This document shows, piece after piece, positions 18,482 to 33,899 of a stretch of DNA of 64,000 nt. Origin of the DNA: Acidimicrobiia bacterium (GTDB taxonomy: Bacteria; Actinomycetota; Acidimicrobiia; Acidimicrobiales; Aldehydirespiratoraceae); the NCBI GenBank assembly GCA_022819505.1, contig JAJEHD010000001.1, positions 9,366-73,365 on the forward strand, given 5' to 3'. The notes below the pieces were generated by a model. It did not search any database. It was not told where the DNA came from and saw nothing but the letters and a program-made list of their open reading frames with translations. The translations under genes were made by a program, and so were the position numbers. The stretch's first letter is position 1, and every line of letters starts with the position of its first letter.

Positions 18482-19395
18482 CCGTCGAACCGCTCGCCGC
18501 CGGCGATGCGAGCGCCGTTGGCCCAGTCCCGGGCCGGAGCAGCCGGCCGCCCCTCCGACCGCACCGTCACCAGTTCCACTGCCCCGGAGCCGGCCGCGAC
18601 CACCAGCGTCGCTCCCCCGCTGGACCGCGGTTCCAGCGAGATCGCGGCCGGGAGGCCGGGGCGGTCCGAGGCGGTAGCGAGCCGGGCGTCGAGGACCTTG
18701 AGCCGCCGGCCTCGGAAGGTCGTCCAGGCACCCCCCACTCGCACGAGCCGCAGGACGTGCTCAGCGGGAGCAGACCAGTCGATTCGCAGTTCCCCGGGGT
18801 CGACCTTGTGGGCCCAGGTCATCTCTCCTGTTTGCGGCACCGGCTCGCCGAACCCCGCCGCGAGCGCGTCGAGCAGCAGCCCGATGCCGAGTTCGCAGAG
18901 CCTGGCCCGCAACTCGTCGGCCGTTTCGTGCTCTGCGATGCCGGTCGACGTCCGCCGGTAGACGGCCCCGGTGTCGATCTCAGACGCAATGTCTATGAGG
19001 CACACCCCGGTCTCGGTGTCGCCGGCCAGGATCGCCCGCTCCACCGGTGCAGCCCCCCGCCACCGGGGCAGCTGCGAGAAGTGCAGGTTCACCGTGCGAC
19101 GCGGCTCAAGAACGTCGTCACCGATGTACTCGCCGTAGGCGACGACCACGCCCAGGTTGGCCTCGACCGCGATCGCGTCCTTAGCGTCGTAGGTGACCTT
19201 CAGACCCAGGACCGCAGCCGCGTCCTCCACCGGCGAGGGCGTCGGTGCCTTGCGCCGCCCCCGGCGCTTCGGCGGCCGGGTAACCACCAGGGCTACGTCG
19301 TGTCCGGCCCCGCACAGCGCCTGCAGCGGCGCCACCGCCACCTCCGGGGTGCCGAAGTAGACGACGCGCCAACCAGAGGCCGAGCGCGCCGTCAC
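18478..19395 (-). CDS. fmt: methionyl-tRNA formyltransferase
   Basis: YFGTPE, VVAYG, NLHFSQLPRWRGAAP and DTG motifs. Confidence 0.96.
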   Translation of the reverse strand: MTARSASGWRVVYFGTPEVAVAPLQALCGAGHDVALVVTRPPKRRGRRKAPTPSPVEDAAAVLGLKVTYDAKDAIAVEANLGVVVAYGEYIGDDVLEPRRTVNLHFSQLPRWRGAAPVERAILAGDTETGVCLIDIASEIDTGAVYRRTSTGIAEHETADELRARLCELGIGLLLDALAAGFGEPVPQTGEMTWAHKVDPGELRIDWSAPAEHVLRLVRVGGAWTTFRGRRLKVLDARLATASDRPGLPAAISLEPRSSGGATLVVAAGSGAVELVTVRSEGRPAAPARDWANGARIAGGERFDG

Positions 19396-19952
19396 AGCAG
19401 GCGCAGACCGCCCGAAGGCTTGTCGCCTCCCGTGTCCGGCAGCCGTGACGATGTCGGCGAGCCGGGCCCGATCCCCATCTCGCGCAGCGTGCGCAGGGCA
19501 GCCTTTCGGGTGGAGTCATCGAGACGCTCGATCAGCAGGGTGCCGTCGAGGTGGTCCAACTCGTGCTGGAACAGGCGGGCCTCGAGTTCGTCGGCCTCGA
19601 CGGAGACCTCGTTGCCGTCCAGGTCCCGGCCGACGATGTGGACCTCCTTGGGCCTGACGATCTCCCAGGTCAGCCCAGGAACCGACAGGCACCCCTCGTC
19701 GTAGACCCACTCGCCGCCGGACTCGACGATCTGCGGGTTGACGATGGTGCGGGGGCCGTCACCCATGTCCCATACGAACAGGCGCTTCTGCACCCCGACC
19801 TGGGGGGCGGCCAGACCGATGCCGTCCGCGCTGTACATGGTCTCGACCATGCCCTCGACGATCCGCACCAGAGTGCCGTCGACGTTGTCCACGTCGGCGG
19901 CGCGGCGCCGCAGGACCGGATCACCGATGATGCGTATGTCGTAGGGGGCCAC
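19392..19952 (-). CDS. def: peptide deformylase
   Basis: GIGLAAPQ, EGCLS and QHELDHLDG motifs. Confidence 0.98.
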   Translation of the reverse strand: MAPYDIRIIGDPVLRRRAADVDNVDGTLVRIVEGMVETMYSADGIGLAAPQVGVQKRLFVWDMGDGPRTIVNPQIVESGGEWVYDEGCLSVPGLTWEIVRPKEVHIVGRDLDGNEVSVEADELEARLFQHELDHLDGTLLIERLDDSTRKAALRTLREMGIGPGSPTSSRLPDTGGDKPSGGLRLL

Positions 19953-19977
19953 TGCTGTTTGAGGCTACCGTCGCGGT

Positions 19978-20616
19978 GTGGCCGATCCCGCTGCCCAGCC
20001 CGCCGGCGGCCAGTACTTCGAAGCCGAGCCTGCCGCCGCCACCTCGCCCCGGTCGATCACGGCGGACATCGGCGGGATGCAGCTCGGATTCGAGACCGAT
20101 TCGGGGGTGTTCTCACCCGGCCGGCTGGACCCGGGCACCCACCTGCTGTTGGCGGAGTCGCCGCCGCTGACCGCCGGCGAGCAGCAAGTGCTCGACCTGG
20201 GCTGCGGATGGGGTCCGATCGCCTGCTTCGTCGCGCTGCGCTCCCCCGCCGCCGAGGTGCTGGCGGTGGACGTGAACGAGCGGGCCCTGGCCCTGACGGC
20301 GCGAAACGCAGAGGTCACCGGTGCGGGGAACGTGACGGTGGCCCACCCGGACGCGGTGGACCCCGACTGCCGCTTCGACCGCATCCTGTGCAATCCGCCC
20401 ATCCGCATCGGCAAGCCCGCCCTGCATGAACTGCTGGCCAGGTGGCTGGACCGGCTCGCGGCCGGCGGGCGAGCCCACCTCGTGGTGCAACGCCATCTGG
20501 GCAGCGACTCGCTGGCCCGATGGCTGACCGACCGGGGCCACCAGGTGACCCGCCTGCAGTCGAAGAGGGGCTACCGGCTTCTGGAAGTGCAGGCCCGCAC
20601 CGAGTCAGACCCTTAG
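19978..20616 (+). CDS. class I SAM methyltransferase (RsmC/MTS small-domain family)
   Basis: GVFSPGRLDPGT, LDLGCGWG, DVNERAL and NPPIRIGK motifs. Confidence 0.9.
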   Translation: MADPAAQPAGGQYFEAEPAAATSPRSITADIGGMQLGFETDSGVFSPGRLDPGTHLLLAESPPLTAGEQQVLDLGCGWGPIACFVALRSPAAEVLAVDVNERALALTARNAEVTGAGNVTVAHPDAVDPDCRFDRILCNPPIRIGKPALHELLARWLDRLAAGGRAHLVVQRHLGSDSLARWLTDRGHQVTRLQSKRGYRLLEVQARTESDP

Positions 20617-22442
20617 GGGGTCCACTTCAACCCGCAGACGCCCTGCTGGACGGGGGCTGCGGGCCAGCAGGTCCAGCAGCGGGTCATGTGACGGGGCCCG
20701 CAGCAGGAACCGGCCGTCGAGCGGGCCCCGGATGCTCACCGTCGTGCCGGCTGATTCTCGCAGCGCCTCGATGAAGGCCTCTGCTCCCGGTCCGGAGACC
20801 ACGACCTGCGCGCCATGGGGCGGCAGGCCCATCTCCCGGCGCCGCCAGCGCTCGATGTCGGCCACGATCGACGGGTCGGCGAGCACCGCGGCCCGCACCA
20901 CCGGATGATCGGGTTGGCGGGTCTGGACCACGAGGCGCCCCTCGCCCCGGCGCCCGCCCACCAGCCGGGCACCGCGGGCCAGCAACGCCAACGCCTGCTC
21001 CGAGGCCCTCTGCCGGGGCGCCAGCAACTCCTGGTCGAAGTCCAGGAACACCACTGCCGCCGCGGACCGCAGGCGCCACAGCACAGCCTCGGTGCCCACC
21101 ACAATCCGCTCGGAGCCCACCCGATCCGACTCTGCGGTCAACTCCCCCACCGGCTCCCCGGTGAGCGAAGCGAGATCCTCGCGGGCCCGGGTGACGCCCA
21201 TGCGCAGGTTGCGAAGCACCGTCGAACCGCAGTGGGCGCAGACCATCGGGCGTCGTTCGCTTCCGTCGGCCGCTACCAGCTCGTCGTCGACGAGTCTCAT
21301 CGGCAGCCGCCCATCGGTGGTGCGGGCCAGCTCGCCGCAGGCCTTGCAGGCCAGCAGCCGCCCGCGGCCCTTGCGGTTCAGCACGATTGCGACCCGTCCC
21401 TGGGCCCGAGCCAGGCGATCGCGCAGACCCTCGGCGAACAGGCCGCCCCGGACCGGGTCGTCGAGACGGCGATCCAGCACGTCGACCGCGGGCCAGCCGT
21501 CACGCTCGGCCGTCCTTCCGACGGTTCTCAATTCACCCACGTCAAGCGCCTCCAGCGTCGGGACGGGTGATGCCAGCACGGCGGGCGCCCCAGCCCGCCG
21601 GGCTCGCTCCAGAGCCACCTCGCGGGCGTTCCAAGTCGGGGCCTGCTCGCTCTGGAGACTCTCGGAATGCTCGTCCAGCACGACCACCGCGGCCAGTTGC
21701 GGCATGGGCATCCACACCGCAGTGCGGGTGCCGACCACCGTGGCGCCGGCCGCGGCCTGAGCCCAGTCGTCGAATCCCAGGGCGACCCGCACGCCCTGCC
21801 GTCTGAGATCGGCCGCGATGCGGCGGGCATGGGCGAGGGCGGGCACGACGATCAGCGCGTCGCCCCGGCGCGTCGCGGCGCCGGCCAAGGCCGCACAGTC
21901 GTCCGCGGGCGGGCAACGCAGCACGGTCACGGCTCCGGGATGAGAGAACATGTCGTCGTACCGCGCGGGCGAGCCACCGCTGGGCGTAGGCGCGATCCGG
22001 GCGGGTGCGGGGCCGGCGACCCCCCGGGACGGCGACGCAGCCCGCAGGAAGTGCACGGTGCGGCCGGCCCACCGCCAGGCAGCCCAACGGGCCAGGCCGA
22101 CGATGTCCGCGGGCGGACCCATGCCGGTGAGCCGCTCCAACCGCTGGAGTTCCACGCCCGCGGGCGGATCGACCCCGACCTCGGTGATCCAGCCCCGCAG
22201 GCGGCGACCGCCGAGGGAGAACCGCACGATCGAGCCCACCGCCAGCCGTTCGGCCCGGCCATCGGCGTGCCAGGCATCCGGGACCGAGTAGTCGAACATC
22301 CTGTCGAGGCGGACCACATCGGGCAGCACCCGCACAACCAGTCCCGCTGAGGCGCTGTCTCCCTTCTCCGGCGCGCTTCCTGCCGGCGCCGGGGGCTCGC
22401 CGGGCGTCTCCCCGAAGGAGAGCCGACCCTGACTGCCGGAGT

Positions 22443-22446
<4 letters not shown>
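20605..22446 (-). CDS. priA: primosomal protein N' (degenerate helicase)
   Basis: LDRMFDY 3'-binding domain, VVGTRTA, LDEH, CxxC pairs, QTRQPDHP and C-terminal RVEVDP; follows metK. Start is uncertain (CTG 22446 or GTG 22335). Confidence 0.88.
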
Positions 22447-23656
<1,210 letters not shown>

Positions 23657-23660
<4 letters not shown>

Positions 23661-24910
23661 GGCCGCTCCCTGCTGTCGCTGGTGTCGTGATCTTCGAAGG
23701 GGCCGCCGCCGGCGGAACCCATGAGCGAGACCGCGACGTCGAGCACCACCCGGGCCGCCTCCCGCTTGGTGGTCAGCGGGACATGATGGCGGGCGCCGTC
23801 GGCGGTGAACATCACGATCTCGTTGGTGTCATGACCGAAGCCGACATGCTGCTTGGACACGTCATTGGCCACTATCACGTCGAGGTTCTTGCTGCGCAGC
23901 TTGGCGACGGCGTTCGATTCGATGTCCTCGGTCTCGGCCGCGAACCCGACGAGCACCTGACCGGGTCGCTTCGAGGCACCCAGCGCGGCCAGGATGTCGG
24001 CTGTGGGCTCCAGCTCCACCGCGGGCACACCCCGATCCTTCTTGAGCTTGGTGCCCGAGGGCTGCGCGGGCCGGAAGTCGGCCACCGCGGCCGCCATCAC
24101 CACCAAGTCGGCATGCGGTGCTTCGAGCTCCACTGCGGCGGCCATCTCAGCAGCCGTCTCCACGGCCACCACCCGGGCTGGGACTCCGGCGGCCTTCTCG
24201 CTCTGCGTGGTCACCAGGACCACCTCCGCGCCCCGGGCCGCGGCCTCCTCGGCCACCGCCGCGCCCTGCTTGCCCGAGGACCGGTTGCCGACGAAGCGCA
24301 CCGCGTCGATCGGCTCGCGGGTGCCGCCCGAAGTGACCAGCACGCTGGTGCCGGCCAGGTCGGGAACGGTCAGCACGGCCTCCACCGCGGCGACGATCTC
24401 GGCAGGCTCGGCCATCCGGCCGGGCCCGGAGTCGCCGCCCGCCAGAGGCCCCTCGGAGGGACCGACCATGGTGGCCCCGCGTTGGGTGAGCACGGCCAGG
24501 TTCTCCTGCACCGACGGCTGCTCCCACATCTCGGTGTGCATCGCCGGGGCCAGCACCACCGGTGCCCGGGTGGCCAGAAGGGTGGCTGTCAGCACGTCGC
24601 CGGAGCGGCCGGTGCGCAGATCCGATATCAGCCTGGCGGTAGCCGGACACACGACGACGGCGTCGGCCCTCTGGCCCGCCGCGGTGTGAGGAATCGGCCC
24701 GGACCGGTCATTCCAGAGCGAAGTGATCGCCGGCTCCGAGGCCAGAGCCGAGAAGGTGGTCTCCCCCACCATCCGCAGCGCACCCTCGGTGAGCACCGGC
24801 ACGACATGGGCTCCCTGGCCGACCAGCCGCCGACACACCTCCACGGCCTTGTAGGCGGCGATGCCGCCGGTCACGCCGAGCACCACGCAGCGGCCGTTGA
24901 GCGCGCTCAT
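23657..24910 (-). CDS. coaBC: phosphopantothenoylcysteine decarboxylase/ligase
   Basis: [23 protein letters not shown] and GFAAET motifs. Confidence 0.97.
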
Positions 24911-24931
24911 GGAGTCCTCGTGGACCTCTTG

Positions 24932-25306
24932 TCAGGCGCCGACGTCGCCGGCAGGTTCCGGGGAGTCACCCCCAGCGCCGCTCTGCTCCGGGTCGCTCAC
25001 ATCCTGGAGATGGGCTCCCTCGAGCGGACCGGTCTCGTCGGCGGGCGGTTCGGCGTCGGGGTCGACCTCGACCGCCTCGATCTTGCCCGCGGCGACCTCC
25101 TCCAGGGCGATCGACAGGGGCTTGGACGAGGTGGAGACCACCTGGGGCGGTACGGAGGCACCGATGCCCCCGCCGAGCTGACCGAAGTAGTTGGTGATCT
25201 CGCGGCTTCGAAGCGCAGCCAGGGTCACCAGAACGAACTTGGACTCGGTCCGCTCGAGCAGGTCTTCGATGGCAGGCGTCATCATCGTGTCGTAGCCGTG
25301 GGCCAT
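24932..25306 (-). CDS. rpoZ: RNA polymerase omega subunit
   Basis: SKFVLV..A.RSREI and KPLSIALEE motifs; lies between gmk and coaBC. Confidence 0.95.
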   Translation of the reverse strand: MAHGYDTMMTPAIEDLLERTESKFVLVTLAALRSREITNYFGQLGGGIGASVPPQVVSTSSKPLSIALEEVAAGKIEAVEVDPDAEPPADETGPLEGAHLQDVSDPEQSGAGGDSPEPAGDVGA

Positions 25307-25405
25307 GGCGCGCTCCGCTGGATCGGCCGACTAGGGAATCCTCACGCTACCAGCGACACCGGAGTTCCGGACCGATGGGCCGGAGCGGCGAGCGGGCCGC
25401 CGCGC

Positions 25406-25987
25406 TCAGGTACGCGCCGAAGCTGACCGGCGCCGCTCCCGATCCGAGGCGATGAGGGACTCGATCGCCTCCACGGCTCGGCTCAGGTCGTCGTTCACCA
25501 CTATCTCATAGCCCATCTTGAGGGCTTCGGCTCGCTCAGAGGCGGTCTTCCTCATCCGGCGAGCGATCGTGGTGGGATCGTCGCCCCTGAGCTCGAGCCG
25601 GGCCCTCTGATGCTCCGGGCTGGGCGCGTCGACGAAGATCAGCAGGGCGTCAGACAGCAGTCCACGGACCTGCTGCCCTCCTCGCACGTCGATCTCCAGA
25701 ACCACGTCGGATCCCTCGGGAGGGTCCGGAACCGGGGTGCCCTGCAGGTAGTCGAGGAACTCGACCCACTCGAGGAACCCATCAGCCGCGATCGCAGCCT
25801 CGAAGGCGGCACGGTCCACGAATCGATAGGCGTCGGCCGGTTCGGAGGGCCGGCGGGGTCGGGTGGTCCACGACCGCGACAGCCACAGCTTCGGGTCGCG
25901 CTCCATGAGCCGCTCGACGATCGTGCCCTTGCCCACACCCCCCGGGCCGGAGACGATGATGACCGATCGGCCCGCTAGCGAGGTCAC
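25406..25987 (-). CDS. gmk: guanylate kinase
   Basis: SGPGGVGKGT, SWTTR, FLEW and LEIDV motifs. Confidence 0.93.
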   Translation of the reverse strand: MTSLAGRSVIIVSGPGGVGKGTIVERLMERDPKLWLSRSWTTRPRRPSEPADAYRFVDRAAFEAAIAADGFLEWVEFLDYLQGTPVPDPPEGSDVVLEIDVRGGQQVRGLLSDALLIFVDAPSPEHQRARLELRGDDPTTIARRMRKTASERAEALKMGYEIVVNDDLSRAVEAIESLIASDRERRRSASART

Positions 25988-26042
25988 CCCGCGAGGCTAC
26001 CGAGGCGAGAGCGCCTCGGCCGTACGACGGCCGCGTAAGCGG

Positions 26043-26354
26043 TCAGCCGAAGTCCGCGAGCAGCTGACTCCTCTGCCTGGTCCCCAGCCCGCGCAGGCGG
26101 CGGCTGTCGGAGATCCCGATTCGCTCCATCGCCTTGCGTGCCTTCACCTTGCCCACACCGGGCAGCGATTCGAGCACGGCCAGCACCTTCATCTTGCCAA
26201 CGGTGTCATCGTCGACCCGGCCGAGCAGGTCCGACAATGAGACGTCGCCAGCCTTGAGCTGGACGCGAAGCTCCGCGCGCTCCCGCCGAACCGCGGCAGC
26301 CTTGAGCAACGCCTCGCGGCGGACCTCGTCTGAAATGGAAAAGGGTTGAGCCAT
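26043..26354 (-). CDS. mihF: actinobacterial integration host factor
   Basis: AL.KAA..R..RAE, KMKV..LESLPGVGKV and RRLRGLG motifs. ATG 26354 follows a TAATCT -10. Confidence 0.93.
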   Translation of the reverse strand: MAQPFSISDEVRREALLKAAAVRRERAELRVQLKAGDVSLSDLLGRVDDDTVGKMKVLAVLESLPGVGKVKARKAMERIGISDSRRLRGLGTRQRSQLLADFG

Positions 26355-26433
26355 GGGGTACGAGATTAGCTGAGCATGCGCTAGCGCGCCAGCAATTCCC
26401 GTGTTCGCTTCAAGCGCAAGAACTTCCAATTCG

Positions 26434-27114
26434 TTACGGCTGGAGGCTTCGATGCAGACGCTCGGCCGCCTCGACGGGGTCGGCGGCCCTCGTGACGGGC
26501 CTGCCCACGACCAGCAGGTCCGCGCCGGCCGCCAAGGCCTGGACCGGCGAAGCGACCCTCCGCTGATCGTCCACCGAGTCCCCCGCCAGCCGGATGCCCG
26601 GAACGGCCCGGATCAGCTCCGGGCGGATGTGGCGTGTCGCGGTCAGGTCGGGCGCGGCGCACACCACGCCCGCGCAGCCGGCCTCGAACGCCACCTCCAT
26701 GCGATCGGCCACCATGTCGCGGGTGGCGGCCACCTCGGCTTCGCTGGTGAGCACGGTCACGGCCAGCACTCCCGCGGGGCGGGTCGCGCCCTCGGCCAGC
26801 CCTTCGGCGCCGGCCCGGAGCATCTCGGTGCCGCCGGCGGCATGGATCGTCAGGTATGACACGCCGAGTTCGCCCACGACGCGGGCTGCACTGGCCACCG
26901 TGTTGGGAATGTCGTGGAGCTTCAGATCGCAGAAGACGTCGTAGCCGAGGTCGATCATGACGCCGATGGCTTCGGGACCGGCCGCGGTGTAGAGCTCCAG
27001 GCCGATCTTGGCGACGCGGAAGTGTCCGGCAAGGGATCGGGCCAGCCGAGTCGCGGCCACCAGGTCGTCGACGTCCAGCGCTACCGCGAGCCGGTCGCGC
27101 ACTCCTTCATCCAT
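26434..27114 (-). CDS. pyrF: orotidine-5'-phosphate decarboxylase
   Basis: ALD, DLKLHDIPNTV, VTVLTS, PGIR and VVGRP motifs. Confidence 0.97.
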   Translation of the reverse strand: MDEGVRDRLAVALDVDDLVAATRLARSLAGHFRVAKIGLELYTAAGPEAIGVMIDLGYDVFCDLKLHDIPNTVASAARVVGELGVSYLTIHAAGGTEMLRAGAEGLAEGATRPAGVLAVTVLTSEAEVAATRDMVADRMEVAFEAGCAGVVCAAPDLTATRHIRPELIRAVPGIRLAGDSVDDQRRVASPVQALAAGADLLVVGRPVTRAADPVEAAERLHRSLQP

Positions 27115-27191
27115 CGGCTGCTCCCTCCATGCCTCGATTATTCTCTATGACGCCGGCCATCCCCGCATTAGAGGCTCCTACCCGCCCGGCC

Positions 27192-28112
27192 TCAGTGAGC
27201 TGCTCCGACCAGTTCGGCCACGCCGGCCAGATCGTTGTCGTCGCACCACTGCTCCAGCTCGGCGAGCACCTTCCACGGAGCGCGGGGGTCGGCGAAGATG
27301 GCCGTGCCCACCTGCACCGCCGACGCGCCGGCCATCAGCATCTCGACAGCATCCGCGCCGGTGGCCACCCCGCCCACACCGACGATGGGCACCGCCGGGA
27401 GCTCCGCATGAACGTCGTAGACGGCCCGGACCGCCACTGGATGCAGGGCGGCGCCGCTCACGCCGCCGCGCTGCCCGCCGAGGGCTGGGCGCCGCTTCTC
27501 GATGTCGATGACCAGCCCTGACAGCGTGTTGGTCAGCACCACCGCCTCCGCACCGCCCCGCACCGCGGCCGCGGCCATGTCCACCAGTTCCGGTGTGTTG
27601 GGGCTGAGCTTGGCCCAGCGCGGCCGCCCGCATCCAGCGGTGGCGGACACCACCGCCTCAGTCGCCTCGGCCGAATGGGCGAACATCCGCATGCCGTCCT
27701 CCGTGTTGGGGCACGACACGTTCACCTCGACGGCCACAATCTGGGGAGGCCCGGCCGACAGAAGCTCAGCGGCGCGACGGTAGGCATCGACGGTGTCGCC
27801 CCAGATGCTGGCCACCACGTCGGCGCCTGCGTCGATGAGGGCGGGCAGGTCACCGTCGAGCCAGGCGGCCACCCCCGGGCCCTGAAGCCCCACACTGTTG
27901 ATCATCCCCGCCGCAGGAGAGCGCAGCGGGTGCAGCCTGGGCGGCGGGTTGCCCGGCCACGCTCCGTCACGCAGCGACTTCACCACCACCGCGCCGAGAT
28001 CGCGGAGCGCACCGTAGGGCGCCAGCTCGGCGCCGTGCCCCGACGCGCCCGACGCCGTCATGACCGGCGCCCGCAGCCCAACGCTGCCGACCTGGGTCGC
28101 CAGCTCGGCCAT
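27192..28112 (-). CDS. pyrD: dihydroorotate dehydrogenase family 1
   Basis: TASG, NSVGLQGPG, EVNVSCPN, KLSPN and GVGG motifs. Confidence 0.95.
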   Translation of the reverse strand: MAELATQVGSVGLRAPVMTASGASGHGAELAPYGALRDLGAVVVKSLRDGAWPGNPPPRLHPLRSPAAGMINSVGLQGPGVAAWLDGDLPALIDAGADVVASIWGDTVDAYRRAAELLSAGPPQIVAVEVNVSCPNTEDGMRMFAHSAEATEAVVSATAGCGRPRWAKLSPNTPELVDMAAAAVRGGAEAVVLTNTLSGLVIDIEKRRPALGGQRGGVSGAALHPVAVRAVYDVHAELPAVPIVGVGGVATGADAVEMLMAGASAVQVGTAIFADPRAPWKVLAELEQWCDDNDLAGVAELVGAAH

Positions 28113-31443
<3,331 letters not shown>

Positions 31444-31457
<14 letters not shown>

Positions 31458-32565
31458 GGCAACGGTCCATCATCTCGGCGAAGCTGGCGAAGTGGTGCCG
31501 GGCGTCATGGGGCCCCGGTCCGGCCTCGGGGTGGTACTGGACGCCGAAGGCGGCCTCGCCGTCGACCGCCAAGCCCTCCAGAGCGCTGTCGTTGAGGCAC
31601 AGGTGGGTCTCGGTCACGTTGGGCACCGACCCCGCCTCCACCGCGAAGTTGTGGTTCTGGCTGGTTATCTCGATGCGGCCGGTAGCGGTGCAGCGGACAG
31701 GGACGTTGCCGCCGTGGTGACCGAAGCGCATCTTGAAGGTGCGCCCGCCGAGGGACAGCGCCAGCAGCTGGTGGCCCAGGCAGATCCCGAAGACCGGAAC
31801 CTCTCCGACGAGGCTCCGCAACGCCTCGATCACCGGACCGGCCAGCTCCGGGTCGCCGGGCCCGTTGCTGAGGAACACGCCGTCGGGCTCCCGCGCCAGC
31901 ACGTCCGCCGCGGGCGTGTGGGCGGGCAGGACGGTCACGGTGGCCAGATCCCCCAGACAGTCCAGGATGGTGGACTTGATGCCGAGGTCGTAGGCCACCA
32001 CACGGCGAGGGCCGGTGCCCACGGTGTAGGGACGCTCGGTGGTGACCTCACTCACCAGGTCGACGCCGCTGGTGCCGGGCTCGGCTCGCGCCGCGGCCAG
32101 CAGCGTGGCCTCGTCGGCGGTGCCGAACGCGCCCGGCATGGCCCCGGCATCGCGTATGTGGCGGGTGAGCCGGCGGGTGTCGAGGCCGGTGATGGCGGGC
32201 ACGCCGTGACGGCACAGGTAGTCGTCGAGGCTGCCGGTGGCCCGCCAGTTGCTCGGTCGCCGGGTCAGGTCCCGCACGATCACACCCCGGCAGTGGGGCC
32301 GGGACGACTCGGAGTCGGAATCGTTGGTGCCGTAGTTGCCGATGTGGGGATAGGTGAAGGCGATCATCTGGCCCGCGTAGGAGGGGTCGGAAATCACCTC
32401 CTGGTACCCGCTCATGACCGTGTTGAACACGACCTCGCCCGAGGCGACCTCCGCTGGGGCGCCGGCAGCCTCGCCCTCGAACACCTCCCCGTCGCTCAGC
32501 ACCAGCAGGGCGGGCTCCGGCGCGGTCTGGGGTGGCGTCTTGGATTCGGTCACCGGCGTGGTCAT
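31444..32565 (-). CDS. carA: carbamoyl-phosphate synthase small subunit
   Basis: GEVVFNT, SNGPGDP, GICLGHQ and [10 protein letters not shown] motifs; ATGA overlap with pyrC. Confidence 0.97.
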
Positions 32566-33899
32566 CGCTGCGGCTCGCCGTCGATCACGACGGGCTCTCC
32601 GGCCAGCAGGGTGTGGCGGACCCGGCCCCGAAGCGTCCGCCCCTCGTAGGGGGTGTTGCGGCTCGGGCTGGCCATCGCCGCGCCCGACACCGTCCAGGTC
32701 TCCTGGGGATCGATCACGCACAGGTTGGCGGGCTCGGTGGGCGCGATCGGCCGTCCGTGGAGGTCGTCGATCGCGGCGATGGCGGCCGGCCGCCACGACA
32801 TGAGGGCGAGGACCTGCTCGATGGGCAGGTCCAGTTCGGTCAGGGCCAGCCCGACGGCTGTCTCCAACCCCAGCATTCCCGGCGGCGCCGAGTCGAACGG
32901 CCTCTCCTTGTCGGTGCTGGTGTGGGGGGCGTGGTCGGTGGCGATGGCGTCGATGGTCCCGTCGGCCAGCCCGGCCCGGATGGCAGCCACGTCGTCGTCG
33001 GTGCGCAGCGGCGGATGGACCTTGAAGACGGTGTCGTAGCTGGCGCAGCAGGCGTCGGTGAGGGTGAAGTGGTGGGGGGCGGCCTCCGCGGTCACCGGCA
33101 GGCCGGCCTCCTTGGCCGCCCGGACCATGGCCACCGACCCGGCCGTGGACAGGTGCTGGAAATGCACCCTCGATCCGGTGAGACGGGCCAGAGCTATGTC
33201 GCGCATCACCATCAGCTCCTCGGCCTCCGAGGGCTGGCCGCCCAGGCCCAGCCGGCTCGACCAGGCCCCCTCGTGCATGTACCCGCCCGCGCTGAGCTCG
33301 GCCACCTCGCAGTGCTGGGCCAGCGCGATCCGGCGACCGCCGGCGAGGTGGTCAAGGCCGCCGGCGTACTCCAGGGCCCGGCGCATGACCTGGGCGTCCT
33401 GCACGCCGTCGCCGTCGTCGGTGAAGATGCGCACCCCGAGACGCACCAGCTCGGCCATGGGGGCGAGCTCCGCGCCCCGGCGGCCCACGGTGATGGCCGC
33501 CGTGGGATACACGTCGCAGCACGCCCCGGCGCCTAGCTCCTGAACCTCGCGCACCACCGCGGCGCAGTCCATCGGCGGGTCGGTGTTGGGCATGGCGACC
33601 ACCGCGGTGAAGCCTCCGAGGGCCGCGCCCCTGGCTCCGGTGTCGATCGTCTCGGCGTCCTCGCGGCCCGGCTGGCGCAGGTGGACGTGCAGGTCGACGA
33701 GCCCGGGCGCGACGATGCAGCCGGAGGCGTCGAGGGTGCGGTCGGCGTCCGGGACGTCACCGGAGTCCGGGCCGACCGCGGTGACACGGCCGTCGCCCAC
33801 CACCACGTCGACGCGGCGGCTTCCGGTTGAGTCCAGGACCGTCCCGCCCCGTATGGCGATCGTGCCACCGGGAGCCACTGCGGTGAGCCGGGTACTCAT
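32562..33899 (-). CDS. pyrC: dihydroorotase
   Basis: DLHVHLRQPG, MPNT, PPLR and ATDHAPH motifs. Confidence 0.97.
   Translation of the reverse strand: MSTRLTAVAPGGTIAIRGGTVLDSTGSRRVDVVVGDGRVTAVGPDSGDVPDADRTLDASGCIVAPGLVDLHVHLRQPGREDAETIDTGARGAALGGFTAVVAMPNTDPPMDCAAVVREVQELGAGACCDVYPTAAITVGRRGAELAPMAELVRLGVRIFTDDGDGVQDAQVMRRALEYAGGLDHLAGGRRIALAQHCEVAELSAGGYMHEGAWSSRLGLGGQPSEAEELMVMRDIALARLTGSRVHFQHLSTAGSVAMVRAAKEAGLPVTAEAAPHHFTLTDACCASYDTVFKVHPPLRTDDDVAAIRAGLADGTIDAIATDHAPHTSTDKERPFDSAPPGMLGLETAVGLALTELDLPIEQVLALMSWRPAAIAAIDDLHGRPIAPTEPANLCVIDPQETWTVSGAAMASPSRNTPYEGRTLRGRVRHTLLAGEPVVIDGEPQR

Noticed and set aside
26393-26432. Possible seventh palindrome-family member after pyrF
   Set aside because: The ends are similar, but it is only 40 bp with poor outer pairing and may simply be the mihF promoter region.
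27131-27175. Weak inverted repeat between pyrD and pyrF
   Set aside because: Short, mismatched arms with no family signature and no clear PyrR loop.
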